A DNA stretch of 52,015 bases. It comes from Candidatus Kuenenia stuttgartensis. GTDB lineage: Bacteria; Planctomycetota; Planctomycetia; Pirellulales; UBA1268. The notes under the pieces are model-generated. The model saw only the letters and a program-made list of their open reading frames with translations. It did no database searches and was not told where the DNA came from. The stretch is from assembly GCA_945890755.1 (NCBI GenBank), contig CAMDDA010000003.1, positions 1-52,015 on the forward strand. Direction: 5' to 3'. This document shows positions 1 to 9,199 of the stretch, one piece after another; the first letter of the stretch is position 1; each line of letters starts with the position of its first letter. Made by a program: the position numbers and the translations under genes.

Positions 1-380
1 AGTAAGACTGCGTTCCCCGCGTGAAGGAGCACGTTGACGACGTGGTAGCCGGCGGGGTGGTCGCCCCAGAGCCGGTATTCGAGCCAATAGGTCGTGTGGA
101 CGAGGGGGTAATACTGCGGGATCGAGAGTGGGCGGAACCAGATGTCGAAAATGCCGCTGGGGGTTTTGAGCGTGGGGTTGTTCCAGACGTAGAAGTCGTC
201 GTCCCAGATGAAGCCCGCGGCGAACGTGCGGGCGTAGACGAGCACGGCCGCGAGGGCGACCGCGAGCGGCGTGATCAGGGCCGCGTGCGTGGTGAGAGCC
301 TCACCCCACCAGGTTGTATTGCAGGATGCACCGGAGGGCGGAGAAGCCGTCCTTCCAGTTGATCTTCTTGCCTTCCGCAT
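1..380 (-). CDS. TMTC-like GT-C membrane glycosyltransferase, 5' part only (runs off window edge)
   Basis: Manual minus-strand translation (not in ORF track): ...AVALAAVLVYARTFAAGFIWDDDFYVWNNPTL...YYPLVHTTYWLEYRLWGDHPAGYHVVNVLLHAGNAVL. It shows the F-x-x-DD loop and G-Y-H-x-V-N-x-x-L-H motif shared with the other paralogs. The first in-frame ATG found is at 380, overlapping the GT2 3' end; start uncertain. Confidence 0.8.
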   Translation of the reverse strand, partial: MRKARRSTGRTASPPSGASCNTTWWGEALTTHAALITPLAVALAAVLVYARTFAAGFIWDDDFYVWNNPTLKTPSGIFDIWFRPLSIPQYYPLVHTTYWLEYRLWGDHPAGYHVVNVLLHAGNAVL

Positions 381-999
381 ACGTGCGTCCTGAATAGCTC
401 ACCGGCACCTCGTAGATCCGGCAGCCGAGCCGGGCCACCTTCGCCGTGATCTCGGGCTCGAAGCCGAACCGGTCTTCCTTCAATTCGATCTGCCTGAGCA
501 CCTCGCGGCGAAACGCCTTGTAGCAGCACTCCATGTCGGTGAGGTTGACGTTGGAAAGCATGTTGCTCAAGGTCGTGAGCAGCCAGTTGCCCACCGAATG
601 CCAGTAGTAGAGCACGCGGTGGGTGTGGCCGAGGAACCGCGTGCCGAAGACCACGTCGGCCCGCCCGTCAAGGAGCGGCTCGAGAACGGTAGGGATCTCC
701 CGCGGGTCGTATTCGAGGTCGGCATCTTGCACGATGACGAAGTCGCCCGTGGCCGCGGCGAAGCCAGTGCGCAGGGCCGCCCCCTTGCCGGCGTTCTTTT
801 CATGGAGTTTCAGGATTACGTCGGGCCGGTCGGCAAAGTAGTCGCGCAGCCACTCGCGGGTGCCGTCGGTCGAGCAGTCGTCGATCACGACGAGTTCGCG
901 GGCGACCCCCTCCGGCAGCGGCGCGGCCTCGATCCGGGCGAGTGCCTGTGGCGCGAGGTCCCGCTCGTTGTAGATGGGGATGACGATGCTGAGCTTCAT
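301..999 (-). CDS. GT2 glycosyltransferase, DPM1/polyprenyl-phosphate sugar synthase-like
   Basis: SIVIPIYNE, DDCSTDGT, N-x-GKGAA, QDADLEYDP (DxD), DMECCYKAFR, RFGFEPEIT, GRTYAEGKKI motifs; soluble 232 aa. Confidence 0.92.
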   Translation of the reverse strand: MKLSIVIPIYNERDLAPQALARIEAAPLPEGVARELVVIDDCSTDGTREWLRDYFADRPDVILKLHEKNAGKGAALRTGFAAATGDFVIVQDADLEYDPREIPTVLEPLLDGRADVVFGTRFLGHTHRVLYYWHSVGNWLLTTLSNMLSNVNLTDMECCYKAFRREVLRQIELKEDRFGFEPEITAKVARLGCRIYEVPVSYSGRTYAEGKKINWKDGFSALRCILQYNLVG

Positions 1000-1075
1000 A
1001 GTTGAGGCCTATAAAAAGAGTGCTTATATTAGCGTCTACTGGAATGTTCATAAGTCGCTCGGAGATGAGGATGCG

Positions 1076-1246
1076 ATGAGCCGCAAAATGCGTTTTTGGG
1101 TAGTCATGCTGTTGATGCCGCTGCTGGCCTTGGCTGGCTGCACCGACCTGACTGGTGCTGGATCGTCGCAGAGCCAAAATGACAAGCCCGCCCGAGATAT
1201 CGATGAACAGGTAGACGCAGCCGTAAAGGAATTCAAGAACGAGTGA
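1076..1246 (+). CDS. small predicted lipoprotein (56 aa)
   Basis: ATG at 1076 after GAGG; MSRKMRFWVVMLLMPLLALAG-C has a basic N-terminus, hydrophobic core and LAGC lipobox; stop overlaps the GTG of the next gene (GTGA). Confidence 0.6.
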   Translation: MSRKMRFWVVMLLMPLLALAGCTDLTGAGSSQSQNDKPARDIDEQVDAAVKEFKNE

Positions 1247-3003
1247 ACGGGCGCGGGGGCCCTGTCAGTCGCCTTGCGGCCTGGGGCTGGGTTGGGGGAG
1301 TCGCCGCGGTCTCGGCCACGCTTCTCGCGATCGCCTACCTCAATGCCCTCGACGGGGCGTTCGTGTTCGACGACGAGGTGTCGATCGTCGAAAACTCCTC
1401 GATCCGCAGGCTCTGGCCGCTGGCCGACGTGCTGGCGGCGAAGGCCGAAGGGGGCCGCACGCACGACAGCCGGCCGCTGCTCAACCTGTCGCTCGCCCTC
1501 GACTACGCCGCCCACGGCCTCTGGCGGCCAGGGTTTCGGATCGTGAATCTCACGATCCATCTCGTCAACGTGCTGCTCGCATTCGACGTGGCTCGCAGGA
1601 TTCTCCGGCTTGCCGGCCTGCGCCAGGGCGACGCGCGGCTGCTTGCCGGCATCACGGCCCTGCTCTGGGCGGTGCATCCGCTGCATACAGCGGTGAACAC
1701 GTATGTGATCCAGCGGGCCGAGTCGCTGGCGGCGGTCTTTATTTTGGCGGCGTTCGATGTGGCGATCGTGGCCCTCGCGCGGGGCAGTCTTGTCGCGGCA
1801 ATGGTCGCGGGCCTGCTCGCCATCCTCGGCGCGACAGCGAAGGAGACCACTGCCGCGATCCTGCCATTGGTCGCCGCGTTCGACTGGGCGTTTCACGATC
1901 GGCTGCCGGCCGCAGGCCACGACCGCCGCGTGCGGCCGGTGCTCTACTGCGGACTCGCGCTCAACGTGGCCGCGATCATCGGGCTCGCATGGGTGCTGGG
2001 CGGACGGGGCGGATCGGCCGGACTCACGACGGCATCGGTCGTGGCCTACGCGCTTACGCAGTGCCGGGCGGTCTGGCTTTATCTCGGCAAGCTCTTCTGG
2101 CCGGCGGCGCTCGTGCTCGACCACGGGGAGTGGCTCGCGGCGGCGCCCGGGGAGTTCTGGCCGTTCGTCGTCGCCACGGCAGCAGTCGTGGCCGGAGTCG
2201 CCATCGGCTTCTGGCGCGAGCCCCGAACGGTCTTTCCGCTCGTGGCGGCAGCGATTCTGCTTGCCCCCACGACGAGCATCGTGCCGGTGAAGACGCAGAC
2301 GATCGCCGAGCATCGGATGTACCTGCCCGCGGCGTTTCTGATCGGCTGGCTCGTGACGACCGTGGCGCTGGCAGCCCGTAGGCTTGGCTGCGAGCGGCGG
2401 CAGGCGGGCTGCCGCGTGGCGGGGCTTGCGCTCGTTGCCGTGCTCGTGGCGGCGAGCGTCGGCCGAACGATCCTGCGGAATCGCGACTTCATATCGGCCG
2501 TGACACTCTGGCAGCAGAACGTGCGGGACTGCCCGGAGAACGACCGAGGGTTTACCAATCTCGTGGCGGCGCTCATTCGGGAGGGGCGATTCGACGAAGC
2601 GGCGCCGCTCGCCCAACAGGCGGTCGCTGATCATCCAGAGCGCGAGCGCAACTGGCTCAATCTCGGCAGGATCTTCGCCGAAGAAGAGCGGAACGCCGAC
2701 GCCGCAAGTTCATTCGCGGAGGCGATCCGACTCGCGCCCGGCGAGGCCGACGCCCGGATCAATCTCGGCATCGTGCTCAGCCGCGGGGCCGATCTCGACG
2801 CGGCGGTCCACATTCTCGACGAGGCGATCCGGCTGCGGCCCGATCTGGCCAAGGGCTGGCTGGCCCGCGGCATGGTCCGCCTGCGGCAGGAGCGGCCCGA
2901 TCTCGCGGTCGACGACCTCGAAACGGCCGTTCGACTCGACCCGGAGAATCCGGCGGGGTGGGCAAACCTCGACATCGCCAGGCGGGCGATCGAGAGCCCG
3001 TGA
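1243..3003 (+). CDS. TMTC-like GT-C glycosyltransferase with C-terminal TPRs
   Basis: FVFDD, SRPLLNLSLALD, LWAVHPLHTAVNTYVIQRAE, KE and AEHRMYLP motifs; many TM helices followed by about five TPR-like repeats. Confidence 0.85.
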   Translation: MNGRGGPVSRLAAWGWVGGVAAVSATLLAIAYLNALDGAFVFDDEVSIVENSSIRRLWPLADVLAAKAEGGRTHDSRPLLNLSLALDYAAHGLWRPGFRIVNLTIHLVNVLLAFDVARRILRLAGLRQGDARLLAGITALLWAVHPLHTAVNTYVIQRAESLAAVFILAAFDVAIVALARGSLVAAMVAGLLAILGATAKETTAAILPLVAAFDWAFHDRLPAAGHDRRVRPVLYCGLALNVAAIIGLAWVLGGRGGSAGLTTASVVAYALTQCRAVWLYLGKLFWPAALVLDHGEWLAAAPGEFWPFVVATAAVVAGVAIGFWREPRTVFPLVAAAILLAPTTSIVPVKTQTIAEHRMYLPAAFLIGWLVTTVALAARRLGCERRQAGCRVAGLALVAVLVAASVGRTILRNRDFISAVTLWQQNVRDCPENDRGFTNLVAALIREGRFDEAAPLAQQAVADHPERERNWLNLGRIFAEEERNADAASSFAEAIRLAPGEADARINLGIVLSRGADLDAAVHILDEAIRLRPDLAKGWLARGMVRLRQERPDLAVDDLETAVRLDPENPAGWANLDIARRAIESP

Positions 3004-3040
3004 TGCCCAAAAGCTGCATCACATTCCAGGCCCCACTCTT

Positions 3041-3895
3041 TCAGCCCCGCCGCCGGTAATCACCCCGGCTGAAATACTTCTCCAGCCACACGTAGGCCAC
3101 GATGAAGAAATACCGGCTGCCCATCTCCCGAATCTTGAGCTTGGCCACGCCCGTGCGACGATTCCGCCAGGTGATGGGGATCACTTTCCATGAGTAGCCG
3201 CGGACGATCGCCTTCAGCGGCAGTTCGACCGTGATGTTGAAGTGAGGCGAGAGGATCGGCAGGCAGCCTTCGATCACCTCGCGGCGGTAGGCCTTGAAGG
3301 CGTTGGTGGTGTCGTTCAGGCGGATGCCGAAGAGCAGGCGGATGAAGAGATTGGCCTGGCGGTTCAAGACCCACTTGAGCCAGGGGTAGTCGATCGTGCC
3401 GCCCCCCTTCATGAACCGGCTGCCGAAGACGCAGTCGTAGCCCTCGCCGAGCGCCTGCCAATAGCGGACGACGTCGCGGCAGTCGTCGCTCTCGTCGGCC
3501 ATCATGATCACCATCGCGTCGCCCGAGGCCGTGGCGAGCCCCTTCTGAATCGCGCGGCCGAAGCCGTGCGGCCCGGGGTTTTTCACCGGCACGAGTTCGG
3601 GGATTTTTTCGCTCGTGGCCTCGAGGATTGGCCAGGTGGCGTCGGTGCTGCCGTCGTCCACGACGATGATCTCGTGCGGGATCTTGTGGAGCGCGAGTTC
3701 GAGGTGCAGGTGCTCGACCGTCGATGCGATGCAGCCGGCCTCGTCGCGGGCGGGGATCACGACGGAGAGGAGCGACAGGGCTGGAGGCTGGCCACGGTCG
3801 GCCGATGCGGTCGGCACCTGCCGAGGGGACGTGCCGGGGTCGGGCTGAAAGGCGGGCGTGAAGTCGGCCGTTGAGGGGGAATCGGGATCGGTCAT
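3041..3895 (-). CDS. GT2 glycosyltransferase, DPM1-like
   Basis: LSVVIPARDE, VDDGSTD, GFGRA, MADESDD, VFGSRF, DTTNAFKAYR. Confidence 0.9.
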   Translation of the reverse strand: MTDPDSPSTADFTPAFQPDPGTSPRQVPTASADRGQPPALSLLSVVIPARDEAGCIASTVEHLHLELALHKIPHEIIVVDDGSTDATWPILEATSEKIPELVPVKNPGPHGFGRAIQKGLATASGDAMVIMMADESDDCRDVVRYWQALGEGYDCVFGSRFMKGGGTIDYPWLKWVLNRQANLFIRLLFGIRLNDTTNAFKAYRREVIEGCLPILSPHFNITVELPLKAIVRGYSWKVIPITWRNRRTGVAKLKIREMGSRYFFIVAYVWLEKYFSRGDYRRRG

Positions 3896-3973
3896 CGTGG
3901 CAGGACCCTATAGACGGACCTCGATGATACTACCGTCCGGGAGGAACGCATAAGCGAATCCTTCAGTGCCGCT

Positions 3974-4558
3974 TCAAGACGCCGGCGGAAACAGCTCGGC
4001 GATCGTGACTGCCATGCCGGGCATGGCGGCCGATACGAATGTTTCCGCCTCGTTGAAAAGTCTGGAGCCGCGACTGGCCGTGTGCACCGTCATCGTGCGA
4101 CTGCCCGGATCCACGCTCCATACCTCGAGGCAGCCCGCAGCCAGCCAGCCTGCGACCTCGAGAGTCGCCCGCGTTCGTGCCGCGTCGTCACGGAGTTCCG
4201 ACGGCGAAAGCACCTCCACCGTCAAGTCGGGGGCGCCCTCGAAAAAGCCCACCGTACGGCCGCGGGGCAACCGCGACTCGGTCACAAACGCCACGTCGGC
4301 CGCCCGCACGGTATCGGGCGCTCGGGCCAGCAGGAATCCCGTTTCGGCAGCCGTGACGACACCGAGCCGCCGCCCCGCCACGTAAGCATGCAAAAAAGCA
4401 GCAATCCGCTGCGTGATCACACCGTGCTCGAAGCCGGCCGGCGACATCATCACGAGCATCCCCCGCACGAGTTCGCAGCGGCCGAGATCGCCGGCGGCGA
4501 GGAGGTCTTCGGCCGTCGCCATCTCACCGGCAGATGCCGCGGCAAACCCAGACGCCAT
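3974..4558 (-). CDS. Uma2 family PD-(D/E)xK-like endonuclease (DUF820)
   Basis: ELVRG-x-LV-x-MSP-x3-HG, VRAADVAFV, APDLTVEVLSPS, VWSVDP; ATG 4558 is preceded by GAGGGAG. Confidence 0.88.
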   Translation of the reverse strand: MASGFAAASAGEMATAEDLLAAGDLGRCELVRGMLVMMSPAGFEHGVITQRIAAFLHAYVAGRRLGVVTAAETGFLLARAPDTVRAADVAFVTESRLPRGRTVGFFEGAPDLTVEVLSPSELRDDAARTRATLEVAGWLAAGCLEVWSVDPGSRTMTVHTASRGSRLFNEAETFVSAAMPGMAVTIAELFPPAS

Positions 4559-4620
4559 TGCCAAGCTCCCTCGTTGAGACGCATGTTCCACCCAAGCATA
4601 GTCGATCACCGCTCCAATGC

Positions 4621-4658
4621 TGGCAAGAAACTATACGCATGTATATATTTTGGCAAGA
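4621..4658. promoter_or_regulatory. AT-rich candidate promoter/operator upstream of Uma2
   Basis: TGGCAAGA direct repeat at 4621 and 4651 flanks the palindrome TATAC-GCAT-GTATA (4632-4645); the minus strand reads TTGCCA-N15-TATAGT. Confidence 0.35.
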
Positions 4659-4691
4659 CGATAAATCCGGCTCCCGTCCCGGATATCCCGG

Positions 4692-4910
4692 ATAGTCGAA
4701 AGGGCCGAGGGCGTCGATGTCGCTCTGCAGGCGAACATCGCCATGGATAACCGCCACGCCGAGCGTTGCGAGCGGCTCGCGGTTGGTCTCGGCACCGATC
4801 CGCCGCAGGTTGTCGAGCGCGGTCACGCGGCAGCCGGCCATGTGCGCGAGAAGCCCGCGGCAGATGGCGTTCCCCACGAATCCGCAGCCACCGGTGACGA
4901 GGATGTTCAT
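4692..4910 (-). pseudogene. truncated NAD-dependent NDP-sugar epimerase (CDP-paratose 2-epimerase-like N-terminus)
   Basis: MNILVTGGCGFVG...ALDNLRR...HGDVR...ALGPFDY is an extended-SDR Rossmann start. Resemblance stops after 73 codons, and no YxxxK catalytic motif is present. Confidence 0.75.
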
Positions 4911-5007
4911 GCGTCGGCTGCCTTGCGCCTGTGGTGCCAGCCTTCCACGATCTGGTCGAACGTTGCGGAGAGCAAGGGTCTGGTCGAGAGTTGAAGAACG
5001 CGAGGGT

Positions 5008-6699
5008 TCATGGGGAGGTAGTAGCGCTGGGCTGACCAATGCGGCTTGCTTGGCGGCGGACGTTCCAGACGGCCAGGGCGAAGGTCACGCCCGCAACGGC
5101 GACGGGGATGAACTGCGTCTCGGTAAACACATCGCCGACAAACCGCCAGCCAGCGGCATTCTTGATCATGTAATTGCCGGCGGCGATTTGATTGTAGCTG
5201 CGAGCAAGCTCGGTGAGCGGGCGATCGGGCGTGAGCCAGCGATCGAGGATGAAGCCCTGCGCCGCGTAGTGGAGCAGGATGCCGAAGGTGAGATCGACCA
5301 CCGCCCCGATGCCAAACAGCCAGCGAAGAAAAGGCGAGAGCTCATGCCAGCGGCCGGCGACGCAGGCCAGTCCCGCAAGTACGAGCGGCTGCAGGCAGAT
5401 GTGCGCGACGCCCCAGTGGTCGCGACCGGAGTGGGAGCCGATCCCGAGCAGGATGACCGCCCCGGCGGCAGCGATCCAGGCGGCACGCTGGCCGGCGGGG
5501 AGCCTCCGGAGCATCTGGCCGCACGCCATGAGCACGACGATCCAGCCGAGGCTGCCGAAGATCATCAGCAGATTCAACTGATAACACTCGAACCACCAGT
5601 CGCGCACGTATCCCCACGGGCTCGACTGCTGAATCAGCGACCGGTCGAGCGACCGCAGGAAATGAGGCACCGCGGTGTCGAAGATGTTGCCTGCCACGGC
5701 GACCGCATGCAGGGCGAGCGTGGGGGCGCGGTCGGTGGCGGTTGTATTCGAGAGGAACGTGCCGGCGGGGCCATAGACGGCGAGGGCCCAGCCAAACCAT
5801 GTCATCAGGAGAAAAAGACCGGCCACCCCGGCCGCGGCCGTCGCCGTGAGCCAGGGCAGTCGCGGTCTGGCCCACAGCCCGCTCGTGAGCCACGCCCCCG
5901 CGAGCACGATCGCATACGGGGCGGCCGAGTAATGCGCGAGAATCGCCGCCGCGACGCACACGCCGCACAGGATGCCCGGCACCAAGCGGATGACGGCGCC
6001 GTTCCACGGCCGCGCGGCCAGAAAAAACTCCACCGCGGCGAGCGTGAAAACCGCCGCAGGCAGTTTCGTCCAGGCAAATGTGGCGTTCTGCACTGCCATC
6101 GGGCTCGTCATGAAGAAGACCGCCAGGATCGCGATCGCCCGGTCGGGTGAGCCGCCGGGCATGACGCGGGCGGCGCGGATTGCCAAGAGCGCTGCCGGAA
6201 GAAACGCAAGACTGCTCCACACCGTCATGGCCGCCTGGTAGCTGGCGAAGTCATTGCCGGTCATCGCCAGCCAGTCTGCCACCACGACGTTCACCAGCGG
6301 CGGCCGGGAGGGCAGCGGGTCGAACCCATTGAAGAGGATGTCCACGTCTGGTCGCTTCAAGAAAAACTGGCACCGCTGCCAGTGCCCAAACCAGTCGCCC
6401 GTCCAGCCGCCGCCGGAATAGGAGCGCACGACGCCGAGCCAGGCGAGATTCCACGCGAGCACGGCCGCCTGTCCGACGAGCAGGTGGCAGACCAGCGGAT
6501 CGCGCAGGTCCTGAGCGACGCGGCGACGGCAGGCCATGAGCCCGCCGAGCCCGAGCAGCACCAGGCCGTAGGCCAGTTCGTTCGGCAGATCGAGCGTGTA
6601 GATGAGCCAGCCGACGAGGTAGGCCACGACGAGCGACAGGCAGACGACCGCGAGCAGTCTCTGACCGGGCTCGGCCCGCCGGGGGCAATCACCATCCAT
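5008..6699 (-). CDS. polytopic membrane protein, probable GT-C fold glycosyltransferase
   Basis: More than 10 hydrophobic segments; large first loop with GDWFGHW and SRPPL; ATG 6699 overlaps the upstream stop. Confidence 0.55.
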   Translation of the reverse strand: MDGDCPRRAEPGQRLLAVVCLSLVVAYLVGWLIYTLDLPNELAYGLVLLGLGGLMACRRRVAQDLRDPLVCHLLVGQAAVLAWNLAWLGVVRSYSGGGWTGDWFGHWQRCQFFLKRPDVDILFNGFDPLPSRPPLVNVVVADWLAMTGNDFASYQAAMTVWSSLAFLPAALLAIRAARVMPGGSPDRAIAILAVFFMTSPMAVQNATFAWTKLPAAVFTLAAVEFFLAARPWNGAVIRLVPGILCGVCVAAAILAHYSAAPYAIVLAGAWLTSGLWARPRLPWLTATAAAGVAGLFLLMTWFGWALAVYGPAGTFLSNTTATDRAPTLALHAVAVAGNIFDTAVPHFLRSLDRSLIQQSSPWGYVRDWWFECYQLNLLMIFGSLGWIVVLMACGQMLRRLPAGQRAAWIAAAGAVILLGIGSHSGRDHWGVAHICLQPLVLAGLACVAGRWHELSPFLRWLFGIGAVVDLTFGILLHYAAQGFILDRWLTPDRPLTELARSYNQIAAGNYMIKNAAGWRFVGDVFTETQFIPVAVAGVTFALAVWNVRRQASRIGQPSATTSP

Positions 6700-8980
6700 T
6701 GAATGCTCCCAGCAGATTCGCGTGGTCGTCGGTCCAGGGTTTCGCATCGGCGGAAATGGCGATCGGCTTCCAGGCCGGCTTCGCGGACCGTAATGCCACG
6801 ATGTCGTCGGCGGCTCCCACGACGGCCCAGGTGGAGGGGCGTTTGCCGAAGCCGGCCTCGAGCGGCGACACGTCGAGATCGTGGCGGACCGCCGCCACGA
6901 GCCCGAGATCGCGGGCGATCGTGGCGATCGGTGGGGCGAGGTTGAAGTGCCTGTTGGAGATGTGAAATGCGATCAGGCCGCCCGGGCGGAGCCGAGAGGC
7001 ATACATGGCGACGGCCTCCTTCGTGACCAGATGCAGTGGAATGCTGTCGGAAGAGAAGGCGTCGATCACGATCAGGTCGGAGGATGCCGGCGGCTGCTCG
7101 GCCAGCCGGAGCCGACCGTCGCCAAGGAATCCCGCCAGCTTGATCGCCGGGTCGGTGGCGACGTCGCCGAGATAGGTGAAAAACCGGTTGTCGGAGGCGA
7201 TCCGCACCACGAGCGGGTCGATCTCGAAGAAGGTGATCGCCATGGCTGGCTTCGCGTAGGCTGCGATCGTGCCGGCGCCGAGGCCGATCACCGCCACTGA
7301 GCGAAGCTGCTGCCTCTCCTCCAGGAAGACGACGAGATCGCCGAGGGGTCCGCTGCGGGTGTAGTAGGCCGTGGGCTGCACGGACAGCGCCGCGAGCGCC
7401 TCGTCGTCGCCGATGCGACGGGCCTGTTCGCCGTGGAGCGTCGAGCCGTGATGCAGCGACGTCCAGGTTCCAGCCGGCGTGAGCACGACGCGATGCACAC
7501 CGAAAAAACTCCGGCCCTGAAAAATTATGCTGCCCCCGGCGCCCGTCAGCGGCAGGACGGCCAATGCGGCCGACAGCGCGGCTGCCGCCGCCGCCGGCCG
7601 CCGCACGGCGGTAAGCCAGCCACAGACCGCAAGCACGGGCAGCGCCCGCACGAGCGGCTTGAAAACGCCTGACGCCGGCCCAACCGCCTCCACGCTCAGC
7701 ACCCCGAGGGCGAGCAGGCGGTCGGCCGCGAGAATCAGCACCGCACCGGCAGCCGCGGCTGCAGCGACCCAGGCTGCAGCGCGCCGCAGCCAGGATTCGG
7801 GATCCGCCGTGACATGTGCCACGACACCTGCCACCTGCGGCCGCAGCCAGCACAGGGCGGCGACTGCAAGCGGATACTCGACGACGCTTGAAAAGATCGT
7901 CGGTGCGACGAGGGCATTAAAGGCCCCCCCCACGACGCCGCCGATCGACATCAAGAGGTAAAATCGCGTGAGCTGGGCCGGGGGCGGCCGTAGTTCATGG
8001 AGCCGGCGGTGGCACATCATGCCTCCGATGAAGAGCACGGCGAGGTGGGCAACGAGCACGAGCGGCAGCGGCCGAGTGATCGAGGCCAGCAGGAAAAACA
8101 GGGCCGGGGCGATCACGGCAGGGAGCGCCACTCCCCACGCGGCTGAGGTGAGCCGCGGCCAGGCCGAAAAGGCAAGCATGAACGTGGCCAGATAGACCGC
8201 CAGCGGCACGACCCACAACAGGGGAATCGCGGCGACGTCGCTCGTGAGATGCTGCGTGACGCCGAGCACGAGGCTCGAGGGCACCGCAGCAAGGGCGACG
8301 ACAAGCAGGCTCTGGCGGCGGGAGAGGCCGGATCCCCCCGGCGCGGACGCGCGGCTCTGGTCGTCGTCGTGTGGCATGTGGGGGGGAGCGAGCGTCGTCC
8401 GTCGCATCGCCAGCAGGCCACAGCCGACCACCGCCATCGCTGTCAGCACGTAGCCCGACGTGAAGACGATGCTCTGGCTCTTGCGCGACAGGAACGGCTC
8501 GAGGACTAACGGATAGGCAAGCAGCCCGGCCATGCTGCCTGCGTTGCTGGCGGCGTAGAGAAAATACGGGTCACCGGCATCGCGGTCACGCGTGTGCGAA
8601 AACCACCGCTGCAGCAGAGGCGCCGTGGCACAGATCGCGAAAAACGGCGGCCCGACGGAGACCGCGAGCGTCTGGAGGAGCCAGAGCGTCGGTGATCCTG
8701 TCGCCGCCGCGGGCTGCGTGGAGAGTGGCAGGCACACGGCGGCGGTAGCGAGCACGCCGGCATGAATCGCCAGCTGCACGGCCAGCGAACAGCGCCGCGT
8801 GAGGAGATCGGCGTAGAGATAGCCGAGGAGCAGCGTGGCCTGAAAAAACACCATGCAGGTGTTCCAGACGCCGGCGCTCCCCCCGAGCACGGGAAGCAGA
8901 AATCGCCCGACGAGCGGCTGCACGAGAAAGAGCAGCGTCGCGGAGCTGAAAATCGCAAGCGTGAAGGTCGCCCGGGGCAT
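6689..8980 (-). CDS. fused membrane (MFS-like) / spermidine synthase-like SAM-dependent transferase
   Basis: N-terminal TM block with LLFLVQP, VWNTCMVFFQ, DPYFLYAASNAGS; C-terminal HGSTLHG, VIGLGAGT, FEIDP, GDGR, DAFSSDSIPLHL, WTDD. Confidence 0.88.
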   Translation of the reverse strand: MPRATFTLAIFSSATLLFLVQPLVGRFLLPVLGGSAGVWNTCMVFFQATLLLGYLYADLLTRRCSLAVQLAIHAGVLATAAVCLPLSTQPAAATGSPTLWLLQTLAVSVGPPFFAICATAPLLQRWFSHTRDRDAGDPYFLYAASNAGSMAGLLAYPLVLEPFLSRKSQSIVFTSGYVLTAMAVVGCGLLAMRRTTLAPPHMPHDDDQSRASAPGGSGLSRRQSLLVVALAAVPSSLVLGVTQHLTSDVAAIPLLWVVPLAVYLATFMLAFSAWPRLTSAAWGVALPAVIAPALFFLLASITRPLPLVLVAHLAVLFIGGMMCHRRLHELRPPPAQLTRFYLLMSIGGVVGGAFNALVAPTIFSSVVEYPLAVAALCWLRPQVAGVVAHVTADPESWLRRAAAWVAAAAAAGAVLILAADRLLALGVLSVEAVGPASGVFKPLVRALPVLAVCGWLTAVRRPAAAAAALSAALAVLPLTGAGGSIIFQGRSFFGVHRVVLTPAGTWTSLHHGSTLHGEQARRIGDDEALAALSVQPTAYYTRSGPLGDLVVFLEERQQLRSVAVIGLGAGTIAAYAKPAMAITFFEIDPLVVRIASDNRFFTYLGDVATDPAIKLAGFLGDGRLRLAEQPPASSDLIVIDAFSSDSIPLHLVTKEAVAMYASRLRPGGLIAFHISNRHFNLAPPIATIARDLGLVAAVRHDLDVSPLEAGFGKRPSTWAVVGAADDIVALRSAKPAWKPIAISADAKPWTDDHANLLGAFNGW

Positions 8981-9159
8981 GGCAGGTACTCGGCGGAGGC
9001 GTCGATGGCCCATCCATGACCCGACAGGGTCGCGGAATTCCAGGTATTTTCCGCGGTTCTAGCCGAAATACATCCTTCATCAAAATCTCACGTCCCGCTG
9101 ATTGCATCGCAACATTCGGCGCGTACGATCCGACCACGCAAGCGGATCGGCGGAATGTC

Positions 9160-9175
9160 CGGCGGGCGCCTTGCG
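9160..9175 (+). promoter_or_regulatory. possible sigma-54 (-24/-12) promoter of the prepilin-like gene
   Basis: CGGCGGGCGCCTTGCG has GG(9161)-N10-GC(9173) spacing with TTGC, just upstream of the AAGGAAG RBS; imperfect match to TGGCACG-N4-TTGC. Confidence 0.3.
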
Positions 9176-9199
9176 AACAACGTGAAAAGGAAGTCTGCA

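Noticed and set aside
3974-4558. Uma2 as a restriction/defence system or transposase
   Set aside because: No methyltransferase, partner gene or terminal repeats; stand-alone Uma2 genes are common in this group.
4524-5039. 171-aa ORF as an intact gene
   Set aside because: Only 4692-4910 is epimerase-like; the rest reads through non-coding or Uma2 sequence.
9031-9055. CGCGGAA-N11-TTCCGCG inverted repeat
   Set aside because: Short GC-rich arms could arise by chance; no second copy noticed.
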